The notes below the pieces were generated by a model, which was not told the origin of the DNA, searched no databases, and saw nothing but the letters and a program-made list of their open reading frames with translations. A stretch of 55,293 nt of DNA, counting the filler, from Platydemus manokwari (lineage: Eukaryota): NCBI GenBank assembly GCA_037951405.1. It is 5 parts of 5 records of this genome, joined end to end, with 100 filler letters (N's around TTAATTAATTAA, not from the genome) between each part and the next. Parts side by side here need not be neighbours in the genome. Positions count along the whole stretch, not along the records: positions 21,905 to 35,035 come from JBBMOY011829167.1; positions 35,136 to 45,451 come from JBBMOY011145771.1; 3 more parts are not named here. One strand, given 5' to 3'. Shown here piece by piece: positions 25,825 to 38,647 of the stretch. Within the stretch, counting starts at the first letter, position 1; each line of letters begins with the position of its first letter. The position numbers were made by a program, and so were the translations under genes.

Positions 25825-26846
25825 TATAAGCTTGCTAGACAAATCATCAAAAACTTCTTAATTTATGAACACTAAAATCCAATAAGATTGTACCTTTGCC
25901 TTTAACCAATGACATGTCTTCTCCACTTAATTCTGGAATTTCAGTTTCAATATTAAATTTCTTTTCTTCTCGAAATATCCAATGATAGACCAATTTTTAT
26001 GTTTCATTTTTATTTGATGATTGGCCGTGAATATTTTTATGAACTTTTTAAATCTGATCTAATCACAAATTTTAATAAGAACCACTATAACACAACCTAC
26101 AAAAATTTAAGATAGATTCGGATTTGTGAATTGGACATAGATGAAAATAAGCGGGTGGATGGAAAAGTTGATTACACTTATTTTATTTTTATTTAATGTT
26201 TATCTATAATAAATATAGTTCATTTTCTTCATTAATGAGTTTAAATATAAATCAAACCGAAGCACTTGTCAGGGGATAAAACTTGAATGTGTAATGAATA
26301 CAAAAGGCCCTATTTAAATAAATATATTTGAACGGCAGACTTAAATTTCAATGCATACATATTTGATTTTGAAATTTCTAAAATCAAAGAAATAAAATAA
26401 TTCACAAAATTATTAAACTTGAATCTATACAGATATTTTAACAAGTGCGGAGTAGTTTGCATATGAAAAGTTGGAATTTTTCTCAGTCATTCAAAATTAA
26501 AATTAAGAGAAAAAAGAAAATATTAAACAATTTATATAAGGACCTTTTAATTATAAGTAATAAGTGTTTATTATATAATAAGTTTGACAATGTCTTATCA
26601 ATTTGATTATATAAGAATAAACTAACAAATTAATTAATTTTATTAAATATTGAATTCGAATATTATTTTGATTTAAATTTTTACAACGACGAACCTACAA
26701 AAAATGATTAAAATCATAGCAAGTAATAAAAACTCATTTTTTCAACATATGAATAGAAAAATTAAAATGCCATTTTACAATTTGACTAAAATTTTCTTTG
26801 TTTATATATGCAAATCTTTTAAAATTCTCAAACTTTTTTATCAAAT

Positions 26847-28103
26847 ATGGATATCGATCTGGATGATGTTGAACATACAGACAAAACCAGTTAGTAAAAT
26901 TATAATTAAAAATTAAGTTCTATCAAATTTTGCAGATGTTCAAAAGGAGAAAAGGATTCGTAAAAGTGTTTCACGTTTAAGTGAAGTATATGATAAATCG
27001 TTCGAACTTCAGTCTGAAAGTAAAATGAAACCAGTTGTGGGTAATGGTATTAAGTTAGGTGACATTATTCGCATTCAAAATGCATCTCATCGAAGTAAAA
27101 TCACTGGTGAATTAGCACAAAATATTCATATGCTTTGTTATCGAACAAAAGGCAAAGCAAACAAACGACTATTATCGATAAAAAAATTTAATGGATTTGA
27201 TTCAAATGATGATAGTGAATTTAAAAAGCGTCTCTCATTGACTGAAAAGTGAGATCGATATGTAATTATAACATGATTTTAGAATTCATTTGTCGATTAG
27301 AATGAAGGTCGATGATTTGAAGCTGATTTGTGATTTATTTAATGTTCATTCCACTGGTAAACAGAAAAAAGATATAGCAAACAGTATTGTGGAATATTTA
27401 AAATGTCCTTTTGAAACTGGATCGGAAATATTTCGCATGAATGCTTTGAAACAAAAATCCAAAGGTGAGATTTGTGGGTTGTAAAATGAGAAATTAACGA
27501 ATGGAATAAGGTAAATCTCAACCAAAATCGTCGAATAACAAACAACAAAGCATCAAATCAAATACGAGCGATCTCAATGATGTCGATTTGAGTTCTATTG
27601 ATAATGATAAAAATGAATTGACAAACTCTGCAAGTAATACCGAAGAAACCGACAAAAATCATTCAGAAAATTCTAATTTGGTTAATAAAGAAAATTTAAT
27701 CAAGAAAAAGCCAGCAATGAAGGTGAAAAAAGATAAAAAAGAAAATAAAAAATTGCCCAAAGACAAACAAAAAACTGTAAACATCGAACAGCCGTTGCAA
27801 GAATCATCACAACAATTAAATGCCAACAACGTTTGCAGTGAAAACGAACTGAATTCATCGGGAGATAATTTATCCGATTCATGTTTTAAGGAGAAAATAT
27901 CAGAAATTCTTAACGGTGCTGATTTGAACAAGATCACGCTTAATCAGGTGTGCGATCGAGTAACAGAACAATTTCCAGATCGAGATTTGATTCACAAGAG
28001 ACAACATATAAAATCGCTTGTCAAGCAAGTAAGATTTTTTGTCCCTCTTGGTCATGTTGAATTGATTTTTTTTTATTTCAAGGTCATCGATCAAGCTTCG
28101 TAA
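26847..28103 (+). CDS. DEK: DEK chromatin protein (SAP and DEK-C domains), 5 exons
   Basis: Exons 26847-26889, 26936-27248, 27301-27464, 27511-28028, 28083-28103. Motifs KRIRKSVSRL, GNGIKLGDI, IKKFNGF, LKLICDLFNV (SAP) and EILNGADLNKITLNQVCDRVTEQFPDRDL (DEK-C). Confidence 0.9.
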
Positions 28104-28929
28104 AACAAAAATGCTGTCATCGAAAAATATTAAAAATGATTCACAAATATTATAAAAATTGAGATGTTTTACAAAATTCTTCCGTGTTTGATGATTTATT
28201 TATGAAATTTTTATTTTTCTGTTTGTCATTTTGTGAAATTTGTAAATCATAAATATCGATTTTTATATTTTAATTATTGATTGGATTATATAAATCATGT
28301 TCATAATTTTTGACGGAATTGCTATTTAATGTGTGCTTGATCGAAAATTTTCTTGGACTCCAATCAATGGTTTTATTCGTTTGATCAGACTTTGTCTGTG
28401 TTTAACGACTTTAATATGAATAAATTAAATTCGTTTTCTAAAGCAAAAAACCAATTTTCATTCGAGTCGTAGATATTAAAAGCAGTGTTAAAATCTTATT
28501 CGTTATGTAGTTTAGCTGACAAATTTTGGTCATGGGATTTAATCATTTGTTACTTTTGAGATGACAACTGAGTTGCCGAGTTATTGACATTTGTTGAGGA
28601 TATAGTGGTCAAATGCGTTAATTTTCGTCCATTATCTCAGATTGATTTCTTTGTTGTGTAATAAATTCCAAATTGCACAAACATTGGACTTTTAATTAAA
28701 TCTGTTTTTGAAATATTTAACTCGATAGTTTAAAATATTAAATGAAACTTGCGTGTATTATATTGATCCAGATTTCCATAGAAGAGCAGTGCAATGAATA
28801 TTAATAAACTTTGAATTGTTACAAGCCACTGGGATTACGTAATTTAACTTGCGTTTTTTTTAATTAAACGCTATAATGCTTTTGAACTTGCTGAACTTTA
28901 TGTTAGACTCTTATCAAGGTCTTAAAAAA

Positions 28930-31900
28930 GTATGCTCAGCGAGATGACGGGCTTAATTAGGCTTCCAATCCCAGGAGACACTCAGATAATCGATTTTCCG
29001 AAGAACCTAAGTTTTATTCTGATGGAAAATCTAAACTTACCTGGCATGAAACCAAACTTTTCTAAGCAGGCGAGGCAATCGCAAAGGTTGTACAGGAAAA
29101 AAGAGTTCTCCAACAAGGATGACAGGTTCAATACCTCCAGTCCTCAGGAATGCTCATAAAACCGATCTGAGATCTGGTAAACGAGGTCCGAGAAGGCCAA
29201 AAAATCGAAATTTTCGAAAAACTGAAAATTTCGCAAATGAAAAAGATTTGGAAAACCAACTGATAGAACATCTTAAACGCCATAAACGTCCAATCTCCAG
29301 AGACAATAGACGAAACCAAAAATCCAGATCCAGATCTAAACGCCGACGTCCCTATATCGAAATAGTAGAAAAACAAAAAGATTATGAAGCTTCCAAAAAT
29401 AACAACAAAGAGAATCCAAAACCTATATTTATCGACGATGAAGGGACAAAGAAATTATACCATGGGCAGCAAAACCATAGGAAGGATACAAGAACCGAGA
29501 ATATGAAGATAACAATTCAAGATAAACACAAAAAAATGCAGAGGAAAATTGAAATCTCGAACAAATCTTTATCAATGAATCTAGATAAAGCGAGGAACGT
29601 AATAAGTATAAATATTGATTGCAATAAATGCGAACATTCAACACCAAATATGAAAAAGTTGAAACATGCTATCGTCAATATAATTGGACCAAGAGCAAGC
29701 GAGAAAACCATGGAGAAAAGAAAACTAAAAAAACAAATCTCCAACCACTTGCGACGGAAAGAATGTTGATAATACTATGGATATTGACCTCGACAAAGAA
29801 ACTTATCAACCTGTAATTATCTCTCCATTCAAAGAAATTATCAAAATCCAAGTGATTGCCAGTACTCATACAACGATCGAAGAACCTGAACCGAGAGAAA
29901 CTACAAAGAAAAAGAGACAACTGATGAGCTCACCTATCACCAGCCCGAGCCAAGAAGTAATTGCATCTATGTCAAGAAAGATCCCTAGACCTAATATCTC
30001 AACAGAACAATGCAAAAATAATTTATGGGGTTGCACTGAGGGAGATTCCGGTTCATTTAGTTATGACCGCTAAGTGCTGGATAACCCACTTTGGTTTACC
30101 GGAGACCAAAATGATGCGTACATTAAATCTATTCCTGAAAATCCGAAGATCTTATACATCAATTCATACAACACAGAAGCGATTTTGCAATAAAATAAAA
30201 AACCAGGTTATCTCTCAATTTTGTAAAACATTCCACAATTGGCAAGTACAATAATTGCACCACTCAATATATAAAATACGCACTGGACTCTCTTCTGTGG
30301 ACAGATCGACGACATCGCAGAAATAGTCGATCCTCTCGGAGACCAAAGTCCTTTCTTACAATTGGCCATGGAGAGGACAAAATTCCTGTGTGATAACATC
30401 AATCAGTCGACAAATGGAATGATCATGGTCATAAAATTATTTACAAGTTTCAAAACTCAAATTTGCCAATCAAACAGTGATGACTGCGGACCCATGATTT
30501 GTGGCTATGCTGAAAAGGTTATGACTGAAGATAAGAATGCAGCAACAGAGATCGAAATAATTAGACAAAAAAGTACTTGATGTACATTGATCTATGGTCG
30601 AGACAATAGTGAACAAGGAAGATTATGCTCTTTTCTCTGAGAAACATATCCCCCTAGTAACAAGAAGTGAATTTAAACAGAGACGCAACCTAGTGCTTGA
30701 CCCTTTCATCAGTAAAGTAATAACGAGAAACAAGGTAAAATATATTATTGATAACCTTGACTTTATGTTTTTCAAAGATCGAGAACTAATATTCTGTCCA
30801 GCGCTCCTGAAGTAAAAATAATGGATCCTGGTGAAAATAAACGTTAAAGACGATCTCAATGTTGGACCGGATGAACGAGATTATTACCGATGAACACAGA
30901 CAAATACTCATAAATGCCAACAAAAACTTAACCATACTATTGTGAAAAGAGAATACTTTAAAGAAGGAAGGCCACAATCCAATTAGACTAACCCAAATGC
31001 AATTCGGGGACAGTGGCCCAATTGTCTTTGGCTACATCAGAAATATATATATATATCTACAAAGAATCAACACCAGAATAATCAAGGAGAAGGACAGGAA
31101 ACTTATTTTCGAGAGCGAGGATAAGATGAAAAATATGAGAAACCTGGTTTTGTCGATAACCAATAACAATCCTGGCAAAATTTACATGCCTACAGTATGT
31201 TCACTCATAGCAAAATTGTATTTTTTGTTAGGACATACTATGTGACTCACACCAGACTGGTGAAAATGGAGAGGCAGATACAAAAGGTCTTTAAGAAAAT
31301 TACTGGGGTCCAAAACTCTGCTCTAACTACTTCTTTTACGCAAGCAAGTCAAATGGTGGGTGTGGGTTATAGAGTATTGTAGCAGAGTTCACAGTCCAAG
31401 CCATATCAAATGGAATAGTGATACTTAAGAGTAAACTTGCAATGACAAGAGAAATCGAGAGAGAATCGTTACAACAAGCGTCCATTCAGGACCTTCTAAA
31501 CTCTCTAGATTGGCTGAACTCGCACCTTGGGACAAAGGAGAAGAAGCAATCTTGATGGGACAAAATTCGAGAGGCAATCAGATACGATCATATGGAAGTG
31601 CTGACAACCATTAGCTTTGAAATCATCAATGGAGATATTGGAATAAGAATCTATTAAAATGTTACAACAGATAGTGGAGAAAGAAGAACCTGAACAAACT
31701 GACCAAGATACTACAGATATGCTTCAACAGGTAATCAATAACTGAACCAGCTCTATTTTTCTAGTCGATGTGCCCCATGGACGAGGAAAAACTGATAAAA
31801 AATGCAAATGAAGTCAACTTGACAAAGTACGATGATCCTCGGAAAAAAACAAATACCCTCAGGCCAGGACGGACTGTTGAGCTTTATACATTCATAATTG

Positions 31901-32240
31901 GAGTTCTTGGCACTTGGAAATTAGAGAATGAGATCATTCTACGCAAACTTGGCTTCAAAAAAGACATATCGGAGAAAATACACTACGATTGTATCCGGTC
32001 AAACATCAATTCCACATATCAGCAATGGCAATTCCACCAAGGGAAAGCTATATTACTTTCGAGGACAGGAACCAGATCAAATGACATCTCGGACGACGAA
32101 TATGTGTGTTCTGAGGATGATGTGGTGTCCAGCAAACTTAAATAGGCGAGAATAAGAGCGCGTGAGACGAAGAGAATCCTGTGATATTTTGCCTGACACT
32201 ATGTGGTGATGGTGTCGAACACTGTCTGACTTGTATTATA
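28930..32240 (+). mobile_element. Decayed NeSL/R5-type non-LTR retrotransposon (Ulp1 protease, RLE), with the RT region internally deleted
   Basis: Basic N-terminus; Ulp1/C48 motifs IAPLNI..HWTL (30281), VDPLG and QSNSDDCG (Cys 30485); C-terminal RLE region CPMDE..KYD..FIIGVLGTW. Collinear with 49565-53200 but jumps from the protease region to post-RT sequence at about 31190. Ends approximate. Confidence 0.82.
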
Positions 32241-34164
32241 AAAAACTGTGTTTTATTAATAAATATTTGTATAATAATCATAATATCACCTATTAATACA
32301 TATTGGATAAATACAAAGTAAGGAGATATAAAATAAACATTATAGAAATACATAAATTTCAAAATTAAATAGACAGTAAATAATGATAATCATAATGTCT
32401 ACAAAATTTGAGAAATCCTCAAGACAGCAATCACTGAAATAATGTTTCACTGTCTATTAAATTGAGTCTCAATGGGTTATACGGCCTCATAGCCTTGATA
32501 TGTATATCCGAATATATCCATACTTATTCCTGATTCTCCCAAACCCTAATGTTTCTTGTGGTATGTATGGTATGATGCTTGCATTCAATTTTCTTTGGTG
32601 TATGCATGCAAAAATTTAAGTCAATTTAATGGAAACTCAGTTTTCAAGTTCTGCTCACAAATTTTATCAACAACAAATCAAACAAGATATCAAAAAATGT
32701 TTTATTATATCGCAAATATTGCCAAAATACAATAAGACTTTATTATGAACTTTCTCTTATTTTACAGAAGAAATATTGTACTACTACTACCGTCTTTTGG
32801 TCTGGAATTGTAAGCTAGTCTTGAACCAATTTTTATTAGTTGTAAAGTGTAGTTTTAAACTGTATTTGTTGTTATATATTTAATAAACGTTTAGTGTAGC
32901 AAAAGTTGAGTTTTTGATCGAGGATTGTTAAAATATAAGTGTAAAATATTGAAACTGATAAAATTAGAAATTCCTTTGGATCATTTTTGCCAATCAATTC
33001 TATTATCATATGGTTTTGATTGCGAGGTTAAAATAATAACAATAATGTTTTATAGATTGTAACTTGAGCTTGATTAGAACTCAGTTGAGACTGATTAAGA
33101 CAACGGTGATCCACAATAACAAAAATAATAAATTTGAGACTGATTAAAACAAAAAGAATCAGTAAGCCCGAAACACATCATGCCAATTTATCATTATCTT
33201 ATTATTTATGTGTATTATATTCGTTATTACATCAATTTAACACTATTTTCATTTACAATGTTAACATTATTGGCCTTTCTTAATATAACATCATTATTTG
33301 GTTATCTAATTATTAATAATTATTAAGCCGGTAAAATTTCATTATTCTGAGATAAATAAACCCAATAATTATAAACATGGAACATAACGAATGATAAATT
33401 ATAAATGAAGCTTAACGGAAATTAATGGAATGCATTATTATCTCAACCCTAGCAGAAATTATAACATATCACAAAACCAAATTCCATCACAATTAAAGGA
33501 GAAATAAATATTTTCACAATTTGATGAATTCTCATAATCATCTTTAATTAATATTTACAACAACTTCAAAGATTCGAAAATTTTTAACAATCTAATAAAG
33601 AAAGATTAAACATACATGAAATTGTTAAGCAGTCGGAAGATAAATATATTGTGAAAATAAACGAAGAGCAAAGATAAAATGCTATGAAAAATTCATTTTA
33701 TTATATTTCAGATAAAAATATTATTTTATAAAAATCCTGCAAAAATATACTTTTTAATTTTTAGCTGCAATTGTATTTATATTGAAATAATTAATTAAAT
33801 TCCTATGATAAAGTAAACAATAGTATGGACTGAATTTATACATTTTTAATTCAAGTGAAAATGTTTATATATTAAACTATTTGTTTTTGTACTTAAAATA
33901 TATTTTAATTCAAATATAACGTACATTTGTAAAACTTGTATGAACTTATTTTAATATTGTAATTTAAAGAAATATAATTTAGTATTTAATTTTCGAATAA
34001 CGAAATTTGTTTAACTAAATTTAAAAGCTTTTTCAAATTTTCAATTCATTAATTTCAAATTATTGAAAAATTAATTTAAACTTAACTATACTATTAAGTT
34101 AATAAAAATTAGCATATTTCATAATAAACGATATAATATTTTTCCTTCAAATTGTATTGTAACT

Positions 34165-34557
34165 ATGGTTGATAAATTATCTGACAGTAAATTTCATCGA
34201 TCAGAGTATAATTTAGACTTATTTAAATTATTATGACGAGTATATTTGCAAATTAAGATCTCTTAGAAAATTGTCACAAACCATTAGGCATGGTTCATTT
34301 TTGGAACCAGTGATTCTCAATCCATTTACAAGTCAACTAAAATTGCCATGGTACGAATGGATGAAAGTAACATTCATAATATATTAGTTATTAATATTTA
34401 TTATTCTAACCCAGGTAGGATTCATGTCTGTAACAGTAGCACCGATCAGATGCGTTTTAATTATCACTACTTTTGGACTTACATCGTTGTTAGCGTCAAT
34501 TGGTTGTTTATTTTCTGACGAGACTACTTTTATTGGTACTCTACCGTATTGGCGAAA
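34165..34557 (+). CDS. Lysophosphatidylcholine acyltransferase (LPCAT1/2-like), first three exons (3' partial)
   Basis: Exons about 34165-34205, 34258-34366, 34415-34557 give ..RHGSFLEPVILNPFTSQLKLPWYEWMK/VGFMSVTVAPIRCVLII..LPYWRK, matching LPCAT2 RQASFFPPPVPNPF..LLPIRVLL..GWRRK. Exon 1 is less certain. Confidence 0.78.
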
Positions 34558-35035
34558 GTAATTTTATTGATTTTGCGATGGGTAATAAATCAAATAAAAG
34601 TATCATGTTTATTAATGGTTATACATTTAAAATATTCGAAAACTGTTGTTTGTTATTCAGTAGACAAAATTATTATGTTAAAAAAATCCACGCATGTTGA
34701 AATATTTCTCTGATAATATTTAACAGTAGTATATGAAAAATCGATAAAAATCATTGATGGTTTTAATTGGGTGTTGTTGTAAATACAAGATCCAATCACG
34801 TTGGTTGTGTGATAAATATCGATCAAATATATTTTGTGACAAGTATTGTTCAGTGATATAATTAATTTAATTAGTCAACAAATAATGAACTTGAATTACA
34901 AAAAATTGATTAAAGTGAATCTATAATACTCCTAATATTTATTTCTCGAAATTTAATGTGTTGATTATTGGCAATATTTGTTTATACATATTTATGATTA
35001 TTATAATAATTATTATTATTGAATAATTATCATCT

Positions 35036-35135
35036 NNNNNNNNNNNNNNNNNNNNNNNNNNNNNNNNNNNNNNNNNNNNTTAATTAATTAANNNNNNNNN
35101 NNNNNNNNNNNNNNNNNNNNNNNNNNNNNNNNNNN
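35036..35135. other. Artificial contig linker N44-TTAATTAATTAA-N44
   Basis: Core at 35080-35091; 100 nt in total. Confidence 0.97.
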
Positions 35136-35410
35136 GCCTATCTCGTCAGTGGGGTTGAGTCAATAGGACATATATCAGCTAGAGATAGAATAGAAGTAAA
35201 GAAGAAAGACGGTAAGAGGAAGAGGAAGCATTCACAGATGTATCAGAAAGCAGATGGTAGACAGTGGAGTGAAATTGAGTGCAACAGTACACACATTTAA
35301 ATGTTATGGGATTCTGGTGTATCAATAACAGTAATGAACGAGAGCAATTGGAAGCATATTGGAGAGCCGCAGATTAAAAATTCGGATGTTCGATTGGCTG
35401 GCGTAAAATG
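35136..35410 (+). mobile_element. LTR-retrotransposon aspartic protease fragment
   Basis: FKMLWDSGVSITVMNESNWKHIGEPQIKNSDVRLAG, a retropepsin DSG motif in typical gypsy context. Confidence 0.7.
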
Positions 35411-36169
35411 CCTTTGTATAATTTCTCTTTTCGTTTTTATTTAGAATTAGCATTTCGAGGAGAACTCTCTGGGGAAGGACTGGTCAAATAAGAGCCTCTC
35501 AAGTGTCTCGGTTCCGGTCCTACCTCGGGGAGACTGGCTCGGAGTATCTCGACGTAAATATTTCTCTATAACCTTTTACATGGAATTTTAATTTAGTATC
35601 ATCATTTGAGGACTCTCTGGGAGAAAATTAGACAGACGAGCATTACTTATCGGTCTATTTGCCTATTCAATGACGTCCCTGCAATATCGACTTTTCTAAA
35701 AGCTCCCCAGAATTGCGTTTATTATTATGGTCTATTCATCAAATCAATCCCTTTATTATCTATTACAGCAATTACTGGGTCAACTACATTCTTATTTGAC
35801 TTTGAAAAATTTTGCTATCAATATCAATGACGTCCCGTCTACATCAACTTATGAAAAAGATCCCGACTTATGTGTGTATTATTTCAATTTTTCGGTGAAG
35901 TCAAAAGAAACTGAAACCAAATATTTCGTGGGAGTCTATTCACCTTGGAGTAAAAGAAAACTCGAAAATCAAAAAATCATTAGCTTTGACCAAAAATTCG
36001 GGAGACCTGTCAAACTAGGATGTGAAGAAAATTCTTCTACCTTCAAAGGAATGAAACAATTAAAAGCCAATGAATCATACCCAATAAAAATGATGTTAGG
36101 GATATCCCACCGCATCGAGAAGATCATATTTGTGTTTAAAGAAATATTAGATTTTTTTTATTCTTAAGG

Positions 36170-38160
36170 AAGCAAAGATCAAACATCTTAAGAACATAAT
36201 AGTGTGGCAAGCAGCAAATAGAGTAGAATGGGATACATCAAATATGATAATTTACGATAATCAGAAAAGAAAAGAAGATTGGGAAATAAGCTGAAATTCT
36301 AAAAGAAGATGAAATAAACATAAAAAAGTAATAATCGGCAAGATTTTTAAATGATGTATTCGGATGTTCTTGGCAAGAAATATGCCTCATATGCCCACTA
36401 ATAGCGAAACATCTAATATCATTAAAACATCAAAAAGATATAGAATTGTTAACGGCAGGAGTTTATGACCACAGAATACCATCACAATTAGTACAACCAC
36501 AAGCAATGTATAAACTCACAAAAAGAAAAAAAATCATAAATACCCGCAGGAATATTAACAACTATTATCAGTGGTAGAAGGAATAAAGCCAACATTTGTG
36601 GAGAAGGATTTACAAGCAAGGATGCAAATAAAAGAAACAGTAGATAGAACTAAACTACCAGGACAAGGATGGAAAAATTTACCACTATCTGTAAATACAA
36701 TCCCAATTATACAAAATAAGAATGGTACAAATAACATCTGAAAAAGGAACAAGACAAGTTATAATCATACAAATAAATATAAGATATGTAAAAGCATCAA
36801 TAGATAGAGGAGCTGATGCATTAATATTGATGACAAAAATACTAGTTACAGAAGAGATTGAAAAAACAGAAGTATATACAGACACATTAACAGGGGCACT
36901 TATAAGAACAGTAGGAAAAGTAGTCTTGAGCTTAATAATGGGAAACATCAAGATAGATCACATGTTTAAAGTAATTGAAAAGGAATCATTTGGAGCATTA
37001 ATAGGAATGCATTTGTTAGGATTGGCTTAAAGAATGGTATTTGGACTTGCGTACACTACAAATAAAATCAAGCGATGAAATTGAAAATTTAAAAAATTAC
37101 GAAGACCTGAGTATACCCAATAAGATTAATGATAAAAATGAAAAGCCTAACAATATGGTAAGGATGTGCGAAAAATTGAAAATCCAGAAATGGAGTAGAG
37201 GGCCATATAACATATCCATAAAGGAGATATATAAGGATATAAAAGTTAGAATCAAAAATGTTTAGGGAAAATGTTAAAATGATTGATATCTTTGCACTGA
37301 TTAAAGACGGATGTTTTTCAGTATATATATAACAAATGACGATACGGAAGATAAAATAATACATTAAGGAGAAGCGATAGGAAAATTAGTTAAGGCTAAA
37401 ATAATAGCAACAGTAAATGCTAATACAACTGATAGAATTAAAAAATACCCAGAAGTTAAAATACAAGAAGGAAATTTAACATTAGAACAAAATGAGCAAT
37501 TACAAGATGTAATAGACCGATATACGGACTTAATGGCAAAACACGATAATGAGGTAGGATCAACAGTTGTAATAGAGCATGAACTAGTAATGACCGATAA
37601 TACACATATAAAATTACAATCACGAAGAATGTCGTATAAATTATTAGAAGAATCTGAAAGACAGGTTAGGGACATGGAAGAATTTGAACTTGTAAGGAAA
37701 AGTAAATTACCGTTTAAAGCATACATGGTTCCAGTTAGGTAAAAAGGTGGAGAAATTGGACTTTGTGTACAAGTAAGAGATAAAATGAAACAAGAAGAAT
37801 GGAGAAAGATAATTAAAAGAGAAGTTTATCAGAAAGTAGAGCTGTGTAATCACAAATTAAAAATGAAAAAACAGGGTGGAGAAATCAATTTAATAAAAGA
37901 AAAATTAAGTCTAACAGAAATTCTAAGAGGAACAGAGAAAGACGGGAAAAATCTAAGAACAGCGTACATAATAAGTTTCACCATCATGGTTACAGCAATA
38001 ATAATAGCAGTTATAATAATTTATGCTAAGAAAAGGAAAAATAATCCATCAACTACAAATATGAGGCGAATACCAAGAATAGTGACAATGATGCCAACAT
38101 TGTTAGTGTTGCCAAATGTCCAACCATGTGAAAGACAGGTGATGATGTTTTTTTAGGAAG
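36170..38160 (+). mobile_element. Decayed Ty3/gypsy remnant (gag-like region, protease, RT N-terminus, distal TM ORF)
   Basis: YVKASIDRGAD..ALIGMHLL (protease); IEHELVMTDNTHIKLQSRRMSY..VRKSKLPFKAYMVPVR*KGGEIGLCV (start of RT); strongly A-rich plus strand. Confidence 0.8.
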
Positions 38161-38647
38161 ACTTTAATAAAGAAAAGATCAAAGCGTATTCTAGATTCGG
38201 TTAAATAACAATAATGGATAATAATGATAAGGGACCATTCACTACGCAAATATTAAACGAAATAAATATTCGATAACTCAAAAATCACAATCTGATCGTT
38301 AATTATCGTTAATTATTTATGTTTATTGTTATTTTAAATGAAAAACAAAATTTTTCAGCCATTTACTGTCTAAAAATATTATAAATACCTAAATGATAAT
38401 ACCTTAAACGGTCAATTTAATTTATTTAAATGTTCTAATTTTGAGTTTACACTTTCCTTTGAATATTGATGTATCAAGCTCGAAATTTCAAAATTACATT
38501 TCCTTGAAATCAAGCACATTTTTTAATATTCCAAAATAAATATTTAAAATAAAATAAGTTTTTGGTCTCTTTTTCTTAAAAAAGAAAATGTGGAAAAACA
38601 ATTTATAATAAATTATTAATGTGTTGTTTAAATAATTATTATCTTAA

